From NCBI GenBank assembly GCA_964016885.1, contig OZ024741.1, forward strand, positions 306,218,001 through 306,282,000: DNA of 64,000 bases, read 5' to 3'. The position numbers and the translations under genes are program-made. This stretch comes from Eledone cirrhosa. Lineage: Eukaryota. The notes below the pieces were generated by a model. It ran no database searches. It was not told where the DNA came from and saw nothing but the letters and a program-made list of their open reading frames with translations. Shown piece by piece: positions 40,259 to 54,539 of this stretch (position 1 is the stretch's first letter; every line of letters starts with the position of its first letter).

Positions 40259-41609
40259 CACACAATCATGTGAAACGTTTGTGTGCTTGTATGTGTGTAC
40301 ATACATGCATACATACATACATACATACATACATACATACATACATACATACACAAGTGTTTTGGAAGTGTCTTCAGTAAACCAAGCATGCCTTATCTTT
40401 TTGTTAGCGACCGACTTTTCTGTTGTTAAGTAGAACCAAAATATATCTCTTGAAAGCCTACACAATCATTCTTGTTCACATTCTTCCTTCCACTATTTCT
40501 CTCGCTCTCTTTCACTCTGACTATCTACATTTTTTATGATATATAAACAACTTTATTCTAGACCATTCTCTAATCGGTTACACAGATATAAATAGATAGA
40601 AAGAATATAAAAAAGAACAAATAAAACTAAGAATACACCGACCACAACAGTCGCTACCACGATGACGTGCAGAACTTCAGGCATATGCCGTCTAATGGTG
40701 CCAGCGGACAGAATATGGAAAGCATTGCGCCGGAAGATAGTGAGGGAGACGCGTTGAAATAGCCGTTCCAACTCGTGGCGTTCACTCCTGCGGGTAACCA
40801 ACTCCCCCTCAGTAGCAGTAAGTAGGGAGGTAACGCGGGGTCCAAGTCTCTACCACCATAAGTTCAGGAATTTATTAGCGAACAGAAGTATACAATTATG
40901 AAAGCATTTACGAAAAAAAAAAAGAAGATTATAATAATAAACAGAAAGAGGGAAAAAGAAGGGTGGAGAAAGAAAAAATAAATAATGAAAAAGGGAGGGG
41001 AAAACTCTACAGCCTTAGCAGGGCGATATATTTCAGCTGCGCCCCTTAGACAAGATGATGAAAGCATTGCCACAGAGGACAGCCAGTGACACCTGCTACA
41101 TATCTATCTATATTTTTCTGACTCTGTTTTTTCTCTCCGTCAATGTGTCAGTCTGTCTCATAACCTATCTTTTTCTTTTTTTCCATTCGTGCCTTTTTAT
41201 GTTTCTCACTATTTACTATTACTTAAGTACCAGCAGCAATAGTTAGAGGTAAGCACTGCAACGGAGTGGCGCCTCGTCCATGGGGACGCTTCACACCAAT
41301 GTAACTGGGATAAACTCCAGCCTTGTGAACTTCTCGCCCGAAATTATCCAATGTGTCCTAGTTTTGTGACGATAGAGTGTGCTTGGAGAGAGATTTAGCT
41401 ACGATTTCTAACAGCTTAAGTGGACACGTAAAGGCGCCTTCACCTCCTTCTTCACTCCCCTGCATTCACTTGCCGACACTAATTCTCCATCACAGATAAC
41501 ATTTCTTTCTCTGACGATGGCCAGAGGTGTAATCGAAAATGTGTAATCGAAAATTTCAAATGATCTACATACGCCCCCCCCCCTCTCTCTCGCGCGCGCT
41601 ATCTCTCCA

Positions 41610-41869
41610 GCCTGGCTCCGCGATTTTTTCCTTTTCCTCAAGTTCAAGAGGGCCATCAAGAGGACCCGTTTTCCGAGCGTAGAAGTCATCACGAGGACCG
41701 TGAAGACGAGGCTGCGGAGAATCCCGGGAGAATCCTTCCAGGAGTGCATGAATGCGTGACGGTGAAGGATAGGAAAGTGCGTTAGACTCGAGAGGGATTA
41801 TTTGTAGATTGGATTTGAAATATTTCTTTTGCGACCTCAGTCCTGTTTCGTTTCTGACACACCACGTAT
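41610..41869 (+). mobile_element. mariner-like transposon 3' fragment
   Basis: Translates ...TRFPSVEVITRTVKTRLRRIPGESFQECMNA..KCVRLERDY; ends ctgacacaccacg-ta. Confidence 0.7.
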
Positions 41870-43119
41870 ACATACAAACATGCATACATACATAGATACA
41901 TAAATACATACTTACATACATGCATACATACATTATGGCTGCCTCCTCGTTATCGAGTACGGCCATTGCACGATATAACATTATTAATAATTTTCAATTA
42001 ATGCCATCGTGCAGTGCCTGTGCGTGAAGATTTTTTTTAAAGTGAGGAAAGACTGTGCACTGAGCCAATCCCACTCTCTTAGCGACAGTAGCTATAACCC
42101 GAAAAGAAGAAAAGATCAACATCATCGGTAACTACCGAGCCGCAGGTTTTATATCGGAGTTATCCCAGTTTCCTGAGTTGCCTTCTCCTAGAAGAATGCC
42201 CTGACAAAGGCTAGGGGTCCTTCACTCCAAGTGATTTAACCGCGCGATCGGGTGTCCAGCCCGACTATTTCTATGTCCCCGCGCATATACATACACATGC
42301 ATACATGTATATACATATATACTTATACACAAATATACATATGTATATACATATTTACACATTTCTGGATGGCCGTTGAGTCATGAGTTCTTCCGCTCTT
42401 TGTCAGGTTTTGTTTTTTGTCCTGCAGGGTATCCAAATATCACCCTCCTCACCAAGTAAACTTGGTGGGGTTGCCTGTTTAGTCACCAACGACCCGACCA
42501 TCCCACAGGTTGGACTGGGTTAAATGTTACCAGAACCACTCAAGAGTGACCCAACATACGTACGTACGTATATACTTATATAACGACTGCTGGTCACTTT
42601 TTTCCGCCTTTAAGAGTATTTTCAGGGGCGGTGGAATTGGGGAAGACGGGGGGGGGGGGACATGCTCTCCCCCACCACACACATACACACATCCAAAATA
42701 ATTATATTTTTCTCCACAAACTACCAAAACACACATCTATTTTTATATGCTCTACAATTTATGTACATGTTATGTAGAAACAGATGGGAGAGATAGATAT
42801 AGATATAGAGAGGGGGAGAGTTTGATGGTAATTGATATAGAGAGGAAGGGTAGGAGAGTGTGTTGTATATTATATATATATTTCTATTTATTTGCCACCA
42901 GGGCATCAAAGATTGGGACAAATACAAAGGGGGGAGTTTACATACATTTAAAAAGACGTGTAAAAACCATATAACAAATTAAATTTAACAATCGATGTCC
43001 TCAATAGGGAGGGGCGTTGACATGGGTCGCACACACACCCGAAAAAATGTGCAACCATCCTCTTCAGGAGCACAAAGAGCGGGTGCTTCCTTCCTCTTCT
43101 CATTCTTCTCCTCTCTCAC

Positions 43120-46100
43120 CTACAGGCTGATATAGAGAGAAGGCCCATTCACTCGGGCCATTCGCGCTACTTTCACCCATCTTTCATAAAACTTGCTGGG
43201 GTAGAGCACCTCTCTCTCCATTCTGATCCTTCTTCTAAAGTGGTACTTGAAAAAAAAGACCGGTTGTTGGCCGGAGAGAAAGGTGTCTGACCTCAGCCCT
43301 TTCAACCTTGTCCACCATACAACTTCTTTCGCCATGGCTATCACACAGAGGAAAACCGCCTCTCCTTCGTTTTTGAAAGGGGGAGGCGGTTTTATCGTGA
43401 CAATGTTCTCGGTGGTCAACCGGATTGGTCCCACCCGCGACAGTAGTCGTTCTACATAGCCCCACAGGTCAGCAACGCCCGGGCAGTGTACGAATGCGTG
43501 TGCGACGGTTTCCTCGTCACGCACGCATCTTGGACAGATCTTCTTCGAGGGGTCCCTACCCGTCGCCCGTGTCTGTAGAGCTTGTCCCGAACGGGTAGAG
43601 CTCCTCGGTAACATTGCCAAGCCAGGGACTTTTGGAAGTTGTCCATCGGTCCCGGGCCAAACGTCCTACCGAACAGACTGGCCAGCTCGTCTTCCTCCAT
43701 GCCCAGAGCCTCTCCGAGAGCGTTGTCGCACTTACTGCGCACCAACCGTCTATAGAATGTTGAGGTTGAGTCTCCACTGATTGCCGGATCCGCTTGCCAG
43801 AGGGCCGTGAGTGCCTGGGCACATTCAATGTGCCAGTCGCCCGCTTTTCTCGGTCTTTGCTTGACCCAGGATTGCAGCTCGGTGAGTGAGACGAGTCTCG
43901 GAAAGGCTCGCCTCACAAACAGGGCCCACACCGGCTGACCGGTGAGGAATACCTGGAGGTGCCGTAGCCTTAATGCGCGTCTACGCATCGTCAGCCACGG
44001 CATCCCCAGCCCTCCGTTCGAAGGGTGTTGACAGCAGATGGATCTTCTCACCAAAGGAGCCTGCTTCTTCCAAAGAAATCGGAAGAGCGCGCTCCATTTT
44101 GGCGAGTGTTTTCTCTGGACAAGGAACGACGGTCAAGCGGTAGTAGATGACGGACGCTATACAAGCGTTCGCCACCTCCGCTCGACCTTTCAGGGATAGT
44201 TTGCACTCGGCCCACTTCTGGGCGAGTGCAAACACCTTGCCCGTTACCTCGTCCCAGTTTTTCTCCACCTGGAGGTCCGGTCCGAACCAGACCCCGAGCA
44301 GCTTCACCGGTCCCTCCGTCCAGCGTCCGACGATGCCGTCGGAGGGCATCGTTTTGCCCCTCCACGTCCCGAGTTGCAAACCGACGGACTTGTCCCGGTT
44401 CAGCTTGGCTCCTGTGAACCTTTCATATTCCTCCAGTAAGGTGCCGATCTGCCCGATTTCCGAGGCGCACAACACCATTACTGTCACGTCATCGGCGTAG
44501 GGCGACACCGCTTTCCGCAATCCCGGTTCCAAGGGGATGCCCTGCAACTGCTCCAGCTTCTGCAGTAGTGGCTCGAGAGCCAGCACATACAGGAGGGAGG
44601 AGAGAGGGCATCCCTGTCGAATGGATCGCGTGATTTGGAACGGCTCCGAGAGGTAGCCGTTCACCTTGACCCTCGAGAAGGTGTTGCTGCTGTGCATTGC
44701 AGCAATCCAGCCCCTGAAAACGGGTCTGAAGCCTGCCGCCGCGAGCACCGCATCCAGGTACCCATGGTCAACCCTATCGAACGCCTTAGATTATCCAAGT
44801 TGATCAGGGCCCCACCAAAGCCGGGTTCGTTCCCTACCCGCTCTACGATGTATCGCATGAGGTGGAGGTTGTCGTGTATGGACCTGGACGGGATTGCGCA
44901 TGTCTGCGCTTCTCCCACCAGTTTCACGACGACAAGCGCCAACCTCTTCGCTAACACCTTGGCCAAAATCTTTAACTCTGTTTAGCAGAGTTATGGGCCT
45001 GAAGTTATCTATGTCATCCCCCTTGTTCTCGTCCTTCCTCACCAGCGTGACTACGCCCTTGGTCACAGAACTGGGAATTCTCCCGTTCTGTTGCCAGTTG
45101 CAGTAGACCGCCTCGAGGTAACCGGAGAACAAGTCCGGCATCGCTACATAAAGTTCGTATGGTAGACCATCGAGACCCGGAGATTTGCGTTTGCCGCATT
45201 GGCTCAGCGCTTCCCCTATTTCAGCGGCTGAAATCGGCCTCTCGCAGGACTTCGCCTCCCCGTCCGAGAGCCGCGCCAGACCGTCGAGGTATGGACCGAA
45301 ATCCATGGCCCCACCGGTCCCGCCGCCCCTCCCGAACAGTCGTGCAAAGCGCCGTTGAAAGGCCGCGCTCATCCGCTCAGGTTCAAGGATCACGCGTCCA
45401 TCCTGGTCCTTCAAAGACCGAATCGTGGACTTGTTTCCACTTTTTGCCTCTGTCACTCGAGCCCAGCTAACAGCTTTGGCCCCCTCGTTACCCAGAGCAC
45501 GTATTTTACTCCTGACAATGCAGCCCTCGTTCTTCGCATCAAAGAACTGGTCTAGGGTCGTTCTTGACGCCAGCACGCCGGCCACGTTGCCACTCCTAAT
45601 CGCCTCTTCTACTTTATTTGTTAATTCCCTTTCAGTTCTATTCCTATCTGATGCTAATTCCCGACTAAAACCTATCGATTCTATTCTAATTTCTCTCTTG
45701 AGAAAGCCCCACCACCTGTTGTTGACAATTGCCCCCGTCAAACGCTGCTTAACTAGTGTGCTAATCCGCTTACTGTAAGCTTTGTTTGTCGGTAAAGACA
45801 AGTTTAGCTTCCAGTAACCGGGTCCCTGTCTATGAGTTCTATCAAGGTTGACCACTCCGGTCACCAACTTGTGATCCGAATAGTCAACCATGAACATTCG
45901 TGGACAGCTTAATATGTCTCTATCCTTATTTCTAACTAGGAACCTATCTACGACCTAGATGTTCCGCTGCGATTACTCCACGTCCACAGTGGCACAGTCG
46001 GAAAATCTAGTCGATATCTATCGGCCAGATCAAATCGGCCGATTAATCGTTTGAGGCTGTTACACCCCCCTCTATCGAGACATGCCCCTACATAGTCCTA

Positions 46101-46547
46101 ACGTGCATCCAGGATACCATTCCAGTCCCCCACTAAAAGCAAGGAGCGAGACGTTCCCAGGAAATTCTCCAGGCGTCGGAAGAAGTCCGGTCGCGGTGTC
46201 CCAGATGGGGCATACGCTGCCACCAGCCTGAAAGCTCCACCGTCACCACTGCCGACGTCTAAAACCACCAGTCAACCCTCCGGGTCCAGGTGTACCGTCT
46301 GTGTGGCAAGACCCAGGTATTTTCGCAGCAGAACGACAACCCCACCCCCACCCCTCGGCTGACAGTGAGATGCGTAGATCTCAAAGTCGTCGAAGATGGG
46401 GGCAAGTTGGCGCTCGCTGCTGATCCTGGACTCGCAAATAACCATTACATCCACTCTGTGCGACCTGAGGTCATTTAAGAGTTTGCCATGTTTCCAGGAC
46501 ATCCCCAAGCCGCGTGCATTCACACATCCAACTCTTATATTGGCCAT
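43120..46547 (-). pseudogene. ORF2: apurinic endonuclease + reverse transcriptase, disrupted
   Basis: VGCVNARGL, SDHKLV, GYWKLN, KSPGLDGLPYELY, FRPITLLN, IRQGCPLS, YADDV, CPRC..ETVAHAFVHC spread over several frames. Confidence 0.93.
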
Positions 46548-46599
46548 GTTGGTGCTGAAGAGTTAAAAAGGAAAAGGAAAGGAAATTACTTACCTCTTC

Positions 46600-48330
46600 G
46601 TCTCCTAGGGACCAGGCTGCACAATTTCCATGGGGTTGTTGGAAGGGTTGTTTGGTGGGGTGGTGGTTTGTGGTGGGGTGAGGACATCAGTGTGTGGTGG
46701 AATTAGGGTGTTTGGTGGGGTGTGGGTGTCTGGTGTGGGGGTGGGGAAACATCTCAATAGGACGCTGTTATGTGGTTTGGTGCAGTTGGTCCCCACATGC
46801 ATTGGATGGTTCTTTTTCAAAGTTACATAGGTTTCCGTTGGGACCCTAATCATCATTAGGTGCGGTTTGTTCGCTGCGTAGGTGAAAGTGATCCCTTCGG
46901 TTTCCACCGAAGGGTTATTTTCTATCGCTTTCATCAACGTTTTATTGTTCTTGTTAATGTATGTATAGAGTTTTTGTTGCGTTGTGTTTGTTTTTGTTTG
47001 TTGTTCTTGTGCGTGTTTGCGTTTTGTAGTACGTGTTATGTTTTGGGGAGGGGTGGGTTTTTTTATTTGTGATGTTTGTTCTGTTTGTGCTAGTGGTTGT
47101 GTGTTTGTGGCATTTTTGTTAATGTGGTGCCTTTTTTTTTCCTTTTCACCTGTTGAAAGGGTTCTCCCTCGTCGTCACTGGGTGACGTTGATACGGAGTC
47201 CTCTTCCGTGTTGTTGGGGAGGGGTATATTTTGGGGTTTTGTTGTGGTTGCTTTTGTATTTATTTTAGGTGGGGAGAGGTTTGGTGGAACAGTGTTTTGT
47301 GTTGTTATTTTTCCGTGTTGTTGTGGTTGTTGTTGTTGTTGTTGTTGTGGTGGTGGTGGTGGTGGTGGTGGTGGTGGTGGTGGTGGTGGTGGTGGTGGTT
47401 GTGTTGTTGTGTTCGGGGTTGGCAGAAGAGCCTTTTTTTTTACTCGTTAATTGAGGACAGGCAGCCCTCAGGTGACCCTTGCTTAAGCAGTGGTAATATG
47501 ACGGCAGCCTTCCCTCCACTGAAATGTTTATATAAGTTAGCCCGTCCAGAGGCATGCGTTGTGGGATATTCGCTATTCGTTCTGGGCTCATTTGCACCAG
47601 AACTTCTACGGTGGTCCCACCAAATACACCTCCGGAGGACTTTCCTATTGAAATTATCTTGTCTTCGTCAAAGTTAATTATTCCGCATAGTATCCACCAA
47701 ATATTTACATTTGGTGTGATACTCATTATTTTTATTCTTTGTGTCCTTTTTCCCCTGTATGTGAGGAAAAAGGTGAAGCGGGGGGACACAATGGGTGATA
47801 CCGAGTACTTTTGAGCTGTTGACTGGTTGTTCATTAGCACCGAAATGCTACCAAACAGTTTACCTTTTTGTATGAAGGTTAAGTCCTTCATTGCATCTTT
47901 TAGAACCAGCTCAATTTCATTTTGTGATAATTGAGCTGGTTTTCTTGTTTCGTTCGATATTGTCCTGAAAACCACAGTTTTCAGGACAGCCTCTCTACGT
48001 AATTCCTGTGGAGAATTGATGCTAAAAGCACCGTTTTCGCCAAAAGTCATGAAATGTTTTGCGTCTTGTAATAGTTGTTTAGCATTTGTTATGTCTATTG
48101 GCGTGTATAGTTCGTTTTTTTTTTACAGTCTGTGCGAATGTTGTTTTGGTGTTGTTGTTTTTTTTGTTGCTGTCACTGTTGGTAATATTGTTCATGTTTT
48201 TCTTGGTGTTGCTATTGTTGCAGTTGTTGGTTGTGGTGTTATTGTCATTGTTCTTGTTGTTGGTGCTGGTATTATTTACCGGGTTTGGCTTCGTGGTTTC
48301 GATATTTTTAACGTTTTTCGATGATGCGAG
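46600..48330 (-). pseudogene. ORF1 gag-like nucleic-acid-binding protein, disrupted
   Basis: VEGRLPSYYHCLSKGHLRAACP (CCHC knuckle with the first Cys mutated); TVVFRTI..KGKLFGSI similar to ORF1 of the 9-11.7 kb element. Confidence 0.8.
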
Positions 48331-48589
48331 GGGGGGGGGGGGGCTGCAAGCTTTGTACTCCTACCTTCCCTCCACCACTTTTCTTAGTGGGCACTCACGA
48401 CAGTGTGCGAGGTGGAAATGGCATCCATTGCCACCAAGTCTACAGTTTTGAGATGAAAATTAGTTGACTCAACGTCTGACGGCCCAGGCAAGGGGTTAAA
48501 CTAAACAATGTTATTAAATTGAGCAATAAACTAACAGTTTTTTTGACAATAATCCGTAAAAATCCGGAGCGAAGTAAATCACGTCTATA

Positions 48590-49075
48590 TCAAGTGGTTA
48601 TTGATATAGAGAGGAGGATTACAAGAGAGTTTCGTGTAGTAGATATAGAGAGGCACAGAGTTTAGTGTTAATTAAAATAGAGAGATTCGTGTAGAAAATA
48701 TAGAGCGGGGAAGAGTGTGGTGTTACTTGATATAGGGAGGGGGATTGGAAGAGATTTCCGTGTAGTAGATATAGAGATGGATAGACTTTGGTGGATGTAG
48801 ATATACAGAGAGGGATAATGGGGGAGTGCCGTGTAGTAGATATAAAGAGCGTGAGAGTTTAGGGGTGATTAATATACAGAGGGGGGATTGGGGGAGATAA
48901 GTGTAGATATTTATAGAGAGTGGGTGAGTGTATTAGTCTTATATATAGAAAGTGAGATTAGAGAGTCGGTGTCGTGGTAGATATAGAGAGGGGTAGAGTT
49001 TGGTTTTAGTAGATACAGAGAGGTGGATTAAAAGAGAGTTTTGTGTGATAGACATAGAGAGGAATAAAGTTTGGT
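48590..49075. repeat. Degenerate purine-rich minisatellite (gatatagagagg..agagt core)
   Basis: Recurring gatatagag units; the same repeat at 42780-42865 on the other side of the LINE. Confidence 0.75.
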
Positions 49076-49444
49076 GTCATTCTCGGGTCCCAAATAATAG
49101 GAGGGGTGGCAATAATAGGGGTGGGGCTTGGGAAATCAGTAATTGTATAGTGTACGTTCGTAAATATGGGATTTCTTCTAATGTTCTCCTTTTTGTCATA
49201 TTTAATGGGGTTTTTAATGTAAAATAAAATAATTATTAGATTCTCCAGCTGCTGTATCAATATGAAATCACTTACGATAAAATTTCGCCGGAGATAGATT
49301 AGCAAAATTTAATAAATGGGTGGAGGTGGTATCGAAATAATCTGACAAATTAATAAGCGGGGGATGGGGACTATTATTCAAGACCTGAGAGTACGTGAAA
49401 GTTTGACGGACGTAAGAATGAAAATTCAATACTGAAGTAGAGTT

Positions 49445-49581
49445 TATATATTCATTTATTATGGCTAAGCCTTGATACTCTGGAGTCTCACCTACGTACT
49501 CACCAGACAAGACTGGTGATACTGTGAGTGTGCAGGTGAAACTTTAGAGTAACACAGTTCATCAATAGCCACAATAAATGA

Positions 49582-49590
<9 letters not shown>
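49445..49590 (+). mobile_element. Short fold-back element with degenerate HHR core, abutting (TA)n
   Basis: Inverted arms (ttcatttattatggcta / tagccacaataaatgaa; tactctggagtctcacct / aggtgaaactttagagta); CTGGTGA...GAAAC at 49513-49542. Confidence 0.5.
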
Positions 49591-49636
<46 letters not shown>

Positions 49637-49736
49637 TAACAGATTAAAGTTTGCTCTACAGTTCTTATATATTTGATATATATTTATCCTTATCGAGCCC
49701 TCTTTGGATTTTAGTCTTCAAATTTATTATTATTAC

Positions 49737-49803
<67 letters not shown>

Positions 49804-50268
49804 TATATATATATATATATATATAATATATAAATATATATATAGAGAGAGAGAGATGAATAAATTGGGTATAATACCAGTTTCTTACCAAATGCGAAGA
49901 AGCTCGATATATTAACCCCTTAGAAAGGGCACAGAGCACAATCTTTTTTTAATTATATATATAGAGTGGCGGTGGAACTGGGAGGGTGGGGCATGCCTCC
50001 CTCCAATGATTCTATTTTCTCCCCAAACTACTAAAACACATATCTATTTGATATGCACTGCAACTTATGTACATGCTATGTTTATCACATATCGAAGTTT
50101 TACAAAGAGCTAAACTAATCACAACTAAATTGTCCAAATTTGGCCCGCCTCCCCCGCCTGCCCCCTCCCCCAATTCAGAAATGCTGATTTTCTAAAGCTA
50201 TTATTTATAATGATCGACTTTTGTTATAGCTATTTTCTGCATTTAGCTTCCCACGTTCCACATATATA

Positions 50269-50438
50269 CAGGTAAAATTCCGTTATAACGAATACCATTA
50301 TAACGAATTTTTAAGTATAAGGAATTTTTTTTCAATATCCGGTCATACGCTCGATGTGTTAGGTCTCGTTATAAAGAATTTTACGTTACAACGAATTTTT
50401 TTATACCCCGTGAATTTCGTTATAACGGAAATTCACTG
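50269..50438. mobile_element. Tc1/mariner-superfamily (Tigger-like) MITE
   Basis: TIRs cagg.aaaattccgttataacgaa / ttcgttataacggaattcactg with TA flanks; reverse copy at 55774-55928. Confidence 0.8.
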
Positions 50439-51385
50439 TACATGCATACATACACATGCGCGCGCGCGCACACACACACGTACACACACACGCATATATA
50501 TATATATATATATGTGTATACATAAACACACACCTTTTTCACTTCTCATTCACACTCACTCCCACTACCTCGCCAATTCTACTGTCCTTATTCAGAACTA
50601 AGATAGAAAGTGTCTATTAGTTAAGAATAAGCCTGGTTGGAGCAAATACGAACCCCGGACATAGCTATTTCTAGTATTCGTAGGTATGTCAGCTATGTAA
50701 GAAGTTAATCTTGGCATTTGGGTTGAGAGGAAAATATTCTGGCTTTGTTGTTTGTTTTAAGTGGGCCGAGGAGATAAAGTAAGATCGTGAGAGAGACAGT
50801 TCAGAATTGGCAGACAGAAAAATAGATGGGCAAAAGTAATGGCAAAAAACAAACAAACAAAAAAAAAAACAAAAAAAAAAACAATGCTTCTATAATTAAA
50901 AGTTTTTTAAGTATGTGTAGCAAAAATATAGCAAGTGTGAGTAGGCCATCTAAACCATTATTTCAAAGTTGTATTTATTTAGCAAGGGGGTAAAGAAGGG
51001 CAGATCTGGCTGTATAGAGAAGTAAAAGAAAGGACTATAAATACCATGAATAAGAAGAAAAGTGGGGAAAGAGCAAAGACTATTAGGCCACGGAAAAAAG
51101 AGAGGGGAATGGGAGAGAGTGACAGGCTATACGCTGAGGTCGGGGTGGTGTTTCGGCTGTGCCCTGCGGACAAAATTGTAAAAGCATTTCGTGGACAATG
51201 TCCAGCGATACCCGCTGCAAGAGCCACCACACCTCACGAGGCTCCTTCCTTAGGTGGGCTGATGACGCTCCAGTTTTACAGTGGATCCCGGCTACAAGGA
51301 GGTCCGAGGACGCCTGACTGAGGTCTCGATAGCGACTGGCTCCAAGAGAGAGGCATATAGATAAAAAAAAGAATATATATATATT

Positions 51386-51449
<64 letters not shown>

Positions 51450-51450
<1 letters not shown>

Positions 51451-52769
51451 GCCACATATTTAAGTTCAATGAGAAAATCTACACCCAAAATGAGGGAGCA
51501 GCCATCGGCGTCAGCATAGCTGGTGATGTTGCCAACCTTTTCATGGTATGGTGGGAAAGGAGACTTAAAGATCTCCTTAATGAAAGCTCCATAGACCTCA
51601 TCATGTACTCTCGTTATGTAGACGATATCAATATAGTTATAAGAACACCCCCACTAGAGAGCACTAACAAGTTTGATTTAGAACGTAGCACGATGGAAAG
51701 CATCCAGCAGATAGCTAATTCCATACACCAGAGTATAACTGTAACTATAGACTTCCCTTCCAAACACCCTAACAATAGACTACCTGTATTAGACACAGAA
51801 CTCTGGATTAACACTATAGACGAGAGAGTCCAAATTCTCCACTCACACTATGCTAAACCCATGGCCTCCAAATACCTGATACTCAAAAACTCAGCAATGT
51901 CCAGTAGGGCTAAGTTTAATATTCTGATCGCAGATTTGGTACGAGTGATGAAGAATGTGTCCAGCATGTGCGACCCAACAGAAATGGAAGGACACATCCA
52001 ACACTTCATCAACCGCATGCAGTTCTCTGGCTACAATCAAAGAGACAGAGTCAGAGTATACGAAGGAGCCATGGAAAAGTATAAGACCCTCATAGAACTG
52101 GACATGAAAGGAATCTGCCCACTATACAGGAGCAAATCATGGAATAGCTTAGATAGGGCTAGACATAAGATAGGGAAGGCCACATCATGGTACGACAACC
52201 AGAGATATCAGAGTGTCATGTTTGTGGACGCCACCCCTGGAGGGAAATTAGCTAACCAGTGTAGAAAGGCCCTGAGAAAGACCCACTTAAAAATAAAGGT
52301 GGTAGAAAAGCCAGGAACCACCATAAAATCCCTGATCAGCAAAACCTACCCTTTTAAGAAAACCCACTGTACCAATAGGGAGTGTATCATATGTAAGGTG
52401 AACCCCCGGATAAACTGTAAAACTAGAAACGTAGTCTATAGCATAAGATGTACAGAGGGTACTTGCAGAAACATGACAACAACATACATAGGTGAGACAG
52501 CTCGTAGCATAGGTGAAAGGATGGACCAACACTGGGGGGAACTAAAAGGACGAAAAAACGGGTCAGTACTATACGAACATGCTAGACAACAACATGACGG
52601 TAACATAGACAACATAGAAATTAGAATAATATCTAAACATAGGAATGACCCAGCAGATAGGCAAATCAGAGAGGCCAGTGAAATAGAAATTAGAAGACCA
52701 AAGCTAAACAGAAAGAATGAGTGGAACAACAACACCCAAACAAACAACACTGACCTAAGAGAAGTATAA
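51450..52769 (+). CDS. PLE reverse transcriptase C-half + GIY-YIG endonuclease (5'-partial)
   Basis: The 408-aa ORF extends in frame upstream to the (TA)n junction (GHIFKFNEKIYTQNEG). Confidence 0.88.
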
Positions 52770-53054
52770 ATAAGTAAATAAAATAAAATAAAATAAGATA
52801 AATAAATACATACACAAGCACAATAACAACAAGCACATAAACACACACTAGTCACCCAGCAGACACAACACTATACACACTAGTCACACATCACACATAA
52901 CACTATACACACACGCAAACGCATGCGCAAAGAAGACAAAATAAAATAAGATAAACAAACAAGCAAATAAATAAATAAATATATAGACAGACTGAATAAA
53001 AAAAAAATGGCGTAGACATACAACACAACAGGAGGAACAATGAATATAACACCA

Positions 53055-53082
53055 CTGACGATGTTGCAGATGTGCAACGAAA
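53055..53082 (+). ncRNA. Hammerhead core + stem II in PLE 3' UTR (stems I and III not resolved)
   Basis: CTGACGA-t-gttgca-gatg-tgcaac-GAAA. Confidence 0.55.
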
Positions 53083-53305
53083 GATTTATGTAAATTATGT
53101 AAACTATATATATATATATGTGTTTGTGCCTATATTGTATCTGTATTATTTTTGACCGCCGGTCAGTCAATGGCAACATTGAGGACCGAGTAAGTTAGAT
53201 CGCAGATATAATAAAAGACAGCGAGAAGCGAAAACCAACCAAACAGTGAGTGTGTTCTGTTATTAATTCTGGCAATATTACGCAAATATGACCCTCCCCA
53301 AGTAT

Positions 53306-53441
<136 letters not shown>

Positions 53442-54539
53442 TGTGTGTGTGTGAGAGAGAGAGAGTGTGTGTGTGTGTGTGAGAGAGAGGGAGAGATAGA
53501 AATAGATTGAGAGAGACCAGAGAGCAGATAAAATTTATAGATATTTTCGATTGGGCCACTGACCCAGACCAGGAATGGGACCCACAAGTTCGATTACCTG
53601 ACCGGCAATGACCATTTATTTCACATTATTTCAGTCCATTCAGGTGGGAAAAAATGAGTTGCAGCATCACAGATTCCAAGTTGTATCGGCTAGTGTTTCA
53701 AGATTTTATTTATTTACTTTGGGGTTTTCTCACATGACACTGACGCAAAATATGCTATCGCTTGCTCTCGAGTCCCAAATAATTGTTTCTACTTTAGGCA
53801 CAAGGCCAGCAATTACCCAGGAGGGAAATAAGCGGGTCTTTGAAATAAGAGGGGTTAGGGGTGGAAAATCGGTAATTTTTCTAGGTTGTCTCCGTTGATT
53901 TTTTTACAAACCAGAATTAGTCGTTTATTTTACATATTGAGACCTAAAACCTATATATTTTACAATGTAAGAGATTTCTAGTCAAGATTTCTTCCCTTCC
54001 GAACCCTCTTTGAGTTCTCGGAATAGGCGATCTTTGTGTGTCCATCCTACGCCTCCCAGAGCAAGTTCAGACCCACCGCTAGTTTCTGTGGCATTAAATG
54101 GAGACTACAATATATTTCCTTCGAACAGGCTCCTCTGCCTAAGGTCTGAACGCGTCCCTTGTTAACCTGTTCGAAGGACGATACGGTATGGTTTTTTGTT
54201 GGTTTTTTTTTTGTTCTTCTCACCATATTGCAGTTGCAGTTTCGGTGGTCTTATTCACGCCAGTCACCGTTATGGTACTTTGTCAAACCCGGGAAGGCGG
54301 CTTTTTTTTTAGAGGCAGCCTTTACTCGCCCCGTCATAGCTACGTCACTAGGTTGTGAGAGTTTTCTTGGGAGCTACATTGCTCCATCTCCCCTAGTAGT
54401 TTACCGATGTTGGGCCGGGGTTGCTTATTCGTCCAGCAGCTGCCCGCTTATAACGCAACTAACTATCATATTTGGTGGTCGTATCAGCAAATAAAGTGTT
54501 CTGGCTGACGATCCGCCGAATGGTAATAAGAAGTCTCTT

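Larger units (their letters stand above)
42870..48590 (-). mobile_element. Near full-length Tx1/L1-type non-LTR retrotransposon with frameshifts
   Basis: ORF1 with zinc knuckle plus ORF2 APE-RT-zinc finger, 5' UTR, and 3' AATAAA with (TA) tail. Confidence 0.95.
51448..53100 (+). mobile_element. Penelope-like retroelement, 5'-truncated, uninterrupted RT-GIY-YIG frame
   Basis: GAAIGVSIAGDVANLFM, YSRYVDD, LPVLD, CKTRNVVYSIRC, YIGETARSIGERMDQH, RQIREA..PKLN; 5' junction lies in (TA)n. Confidence 0.93.
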
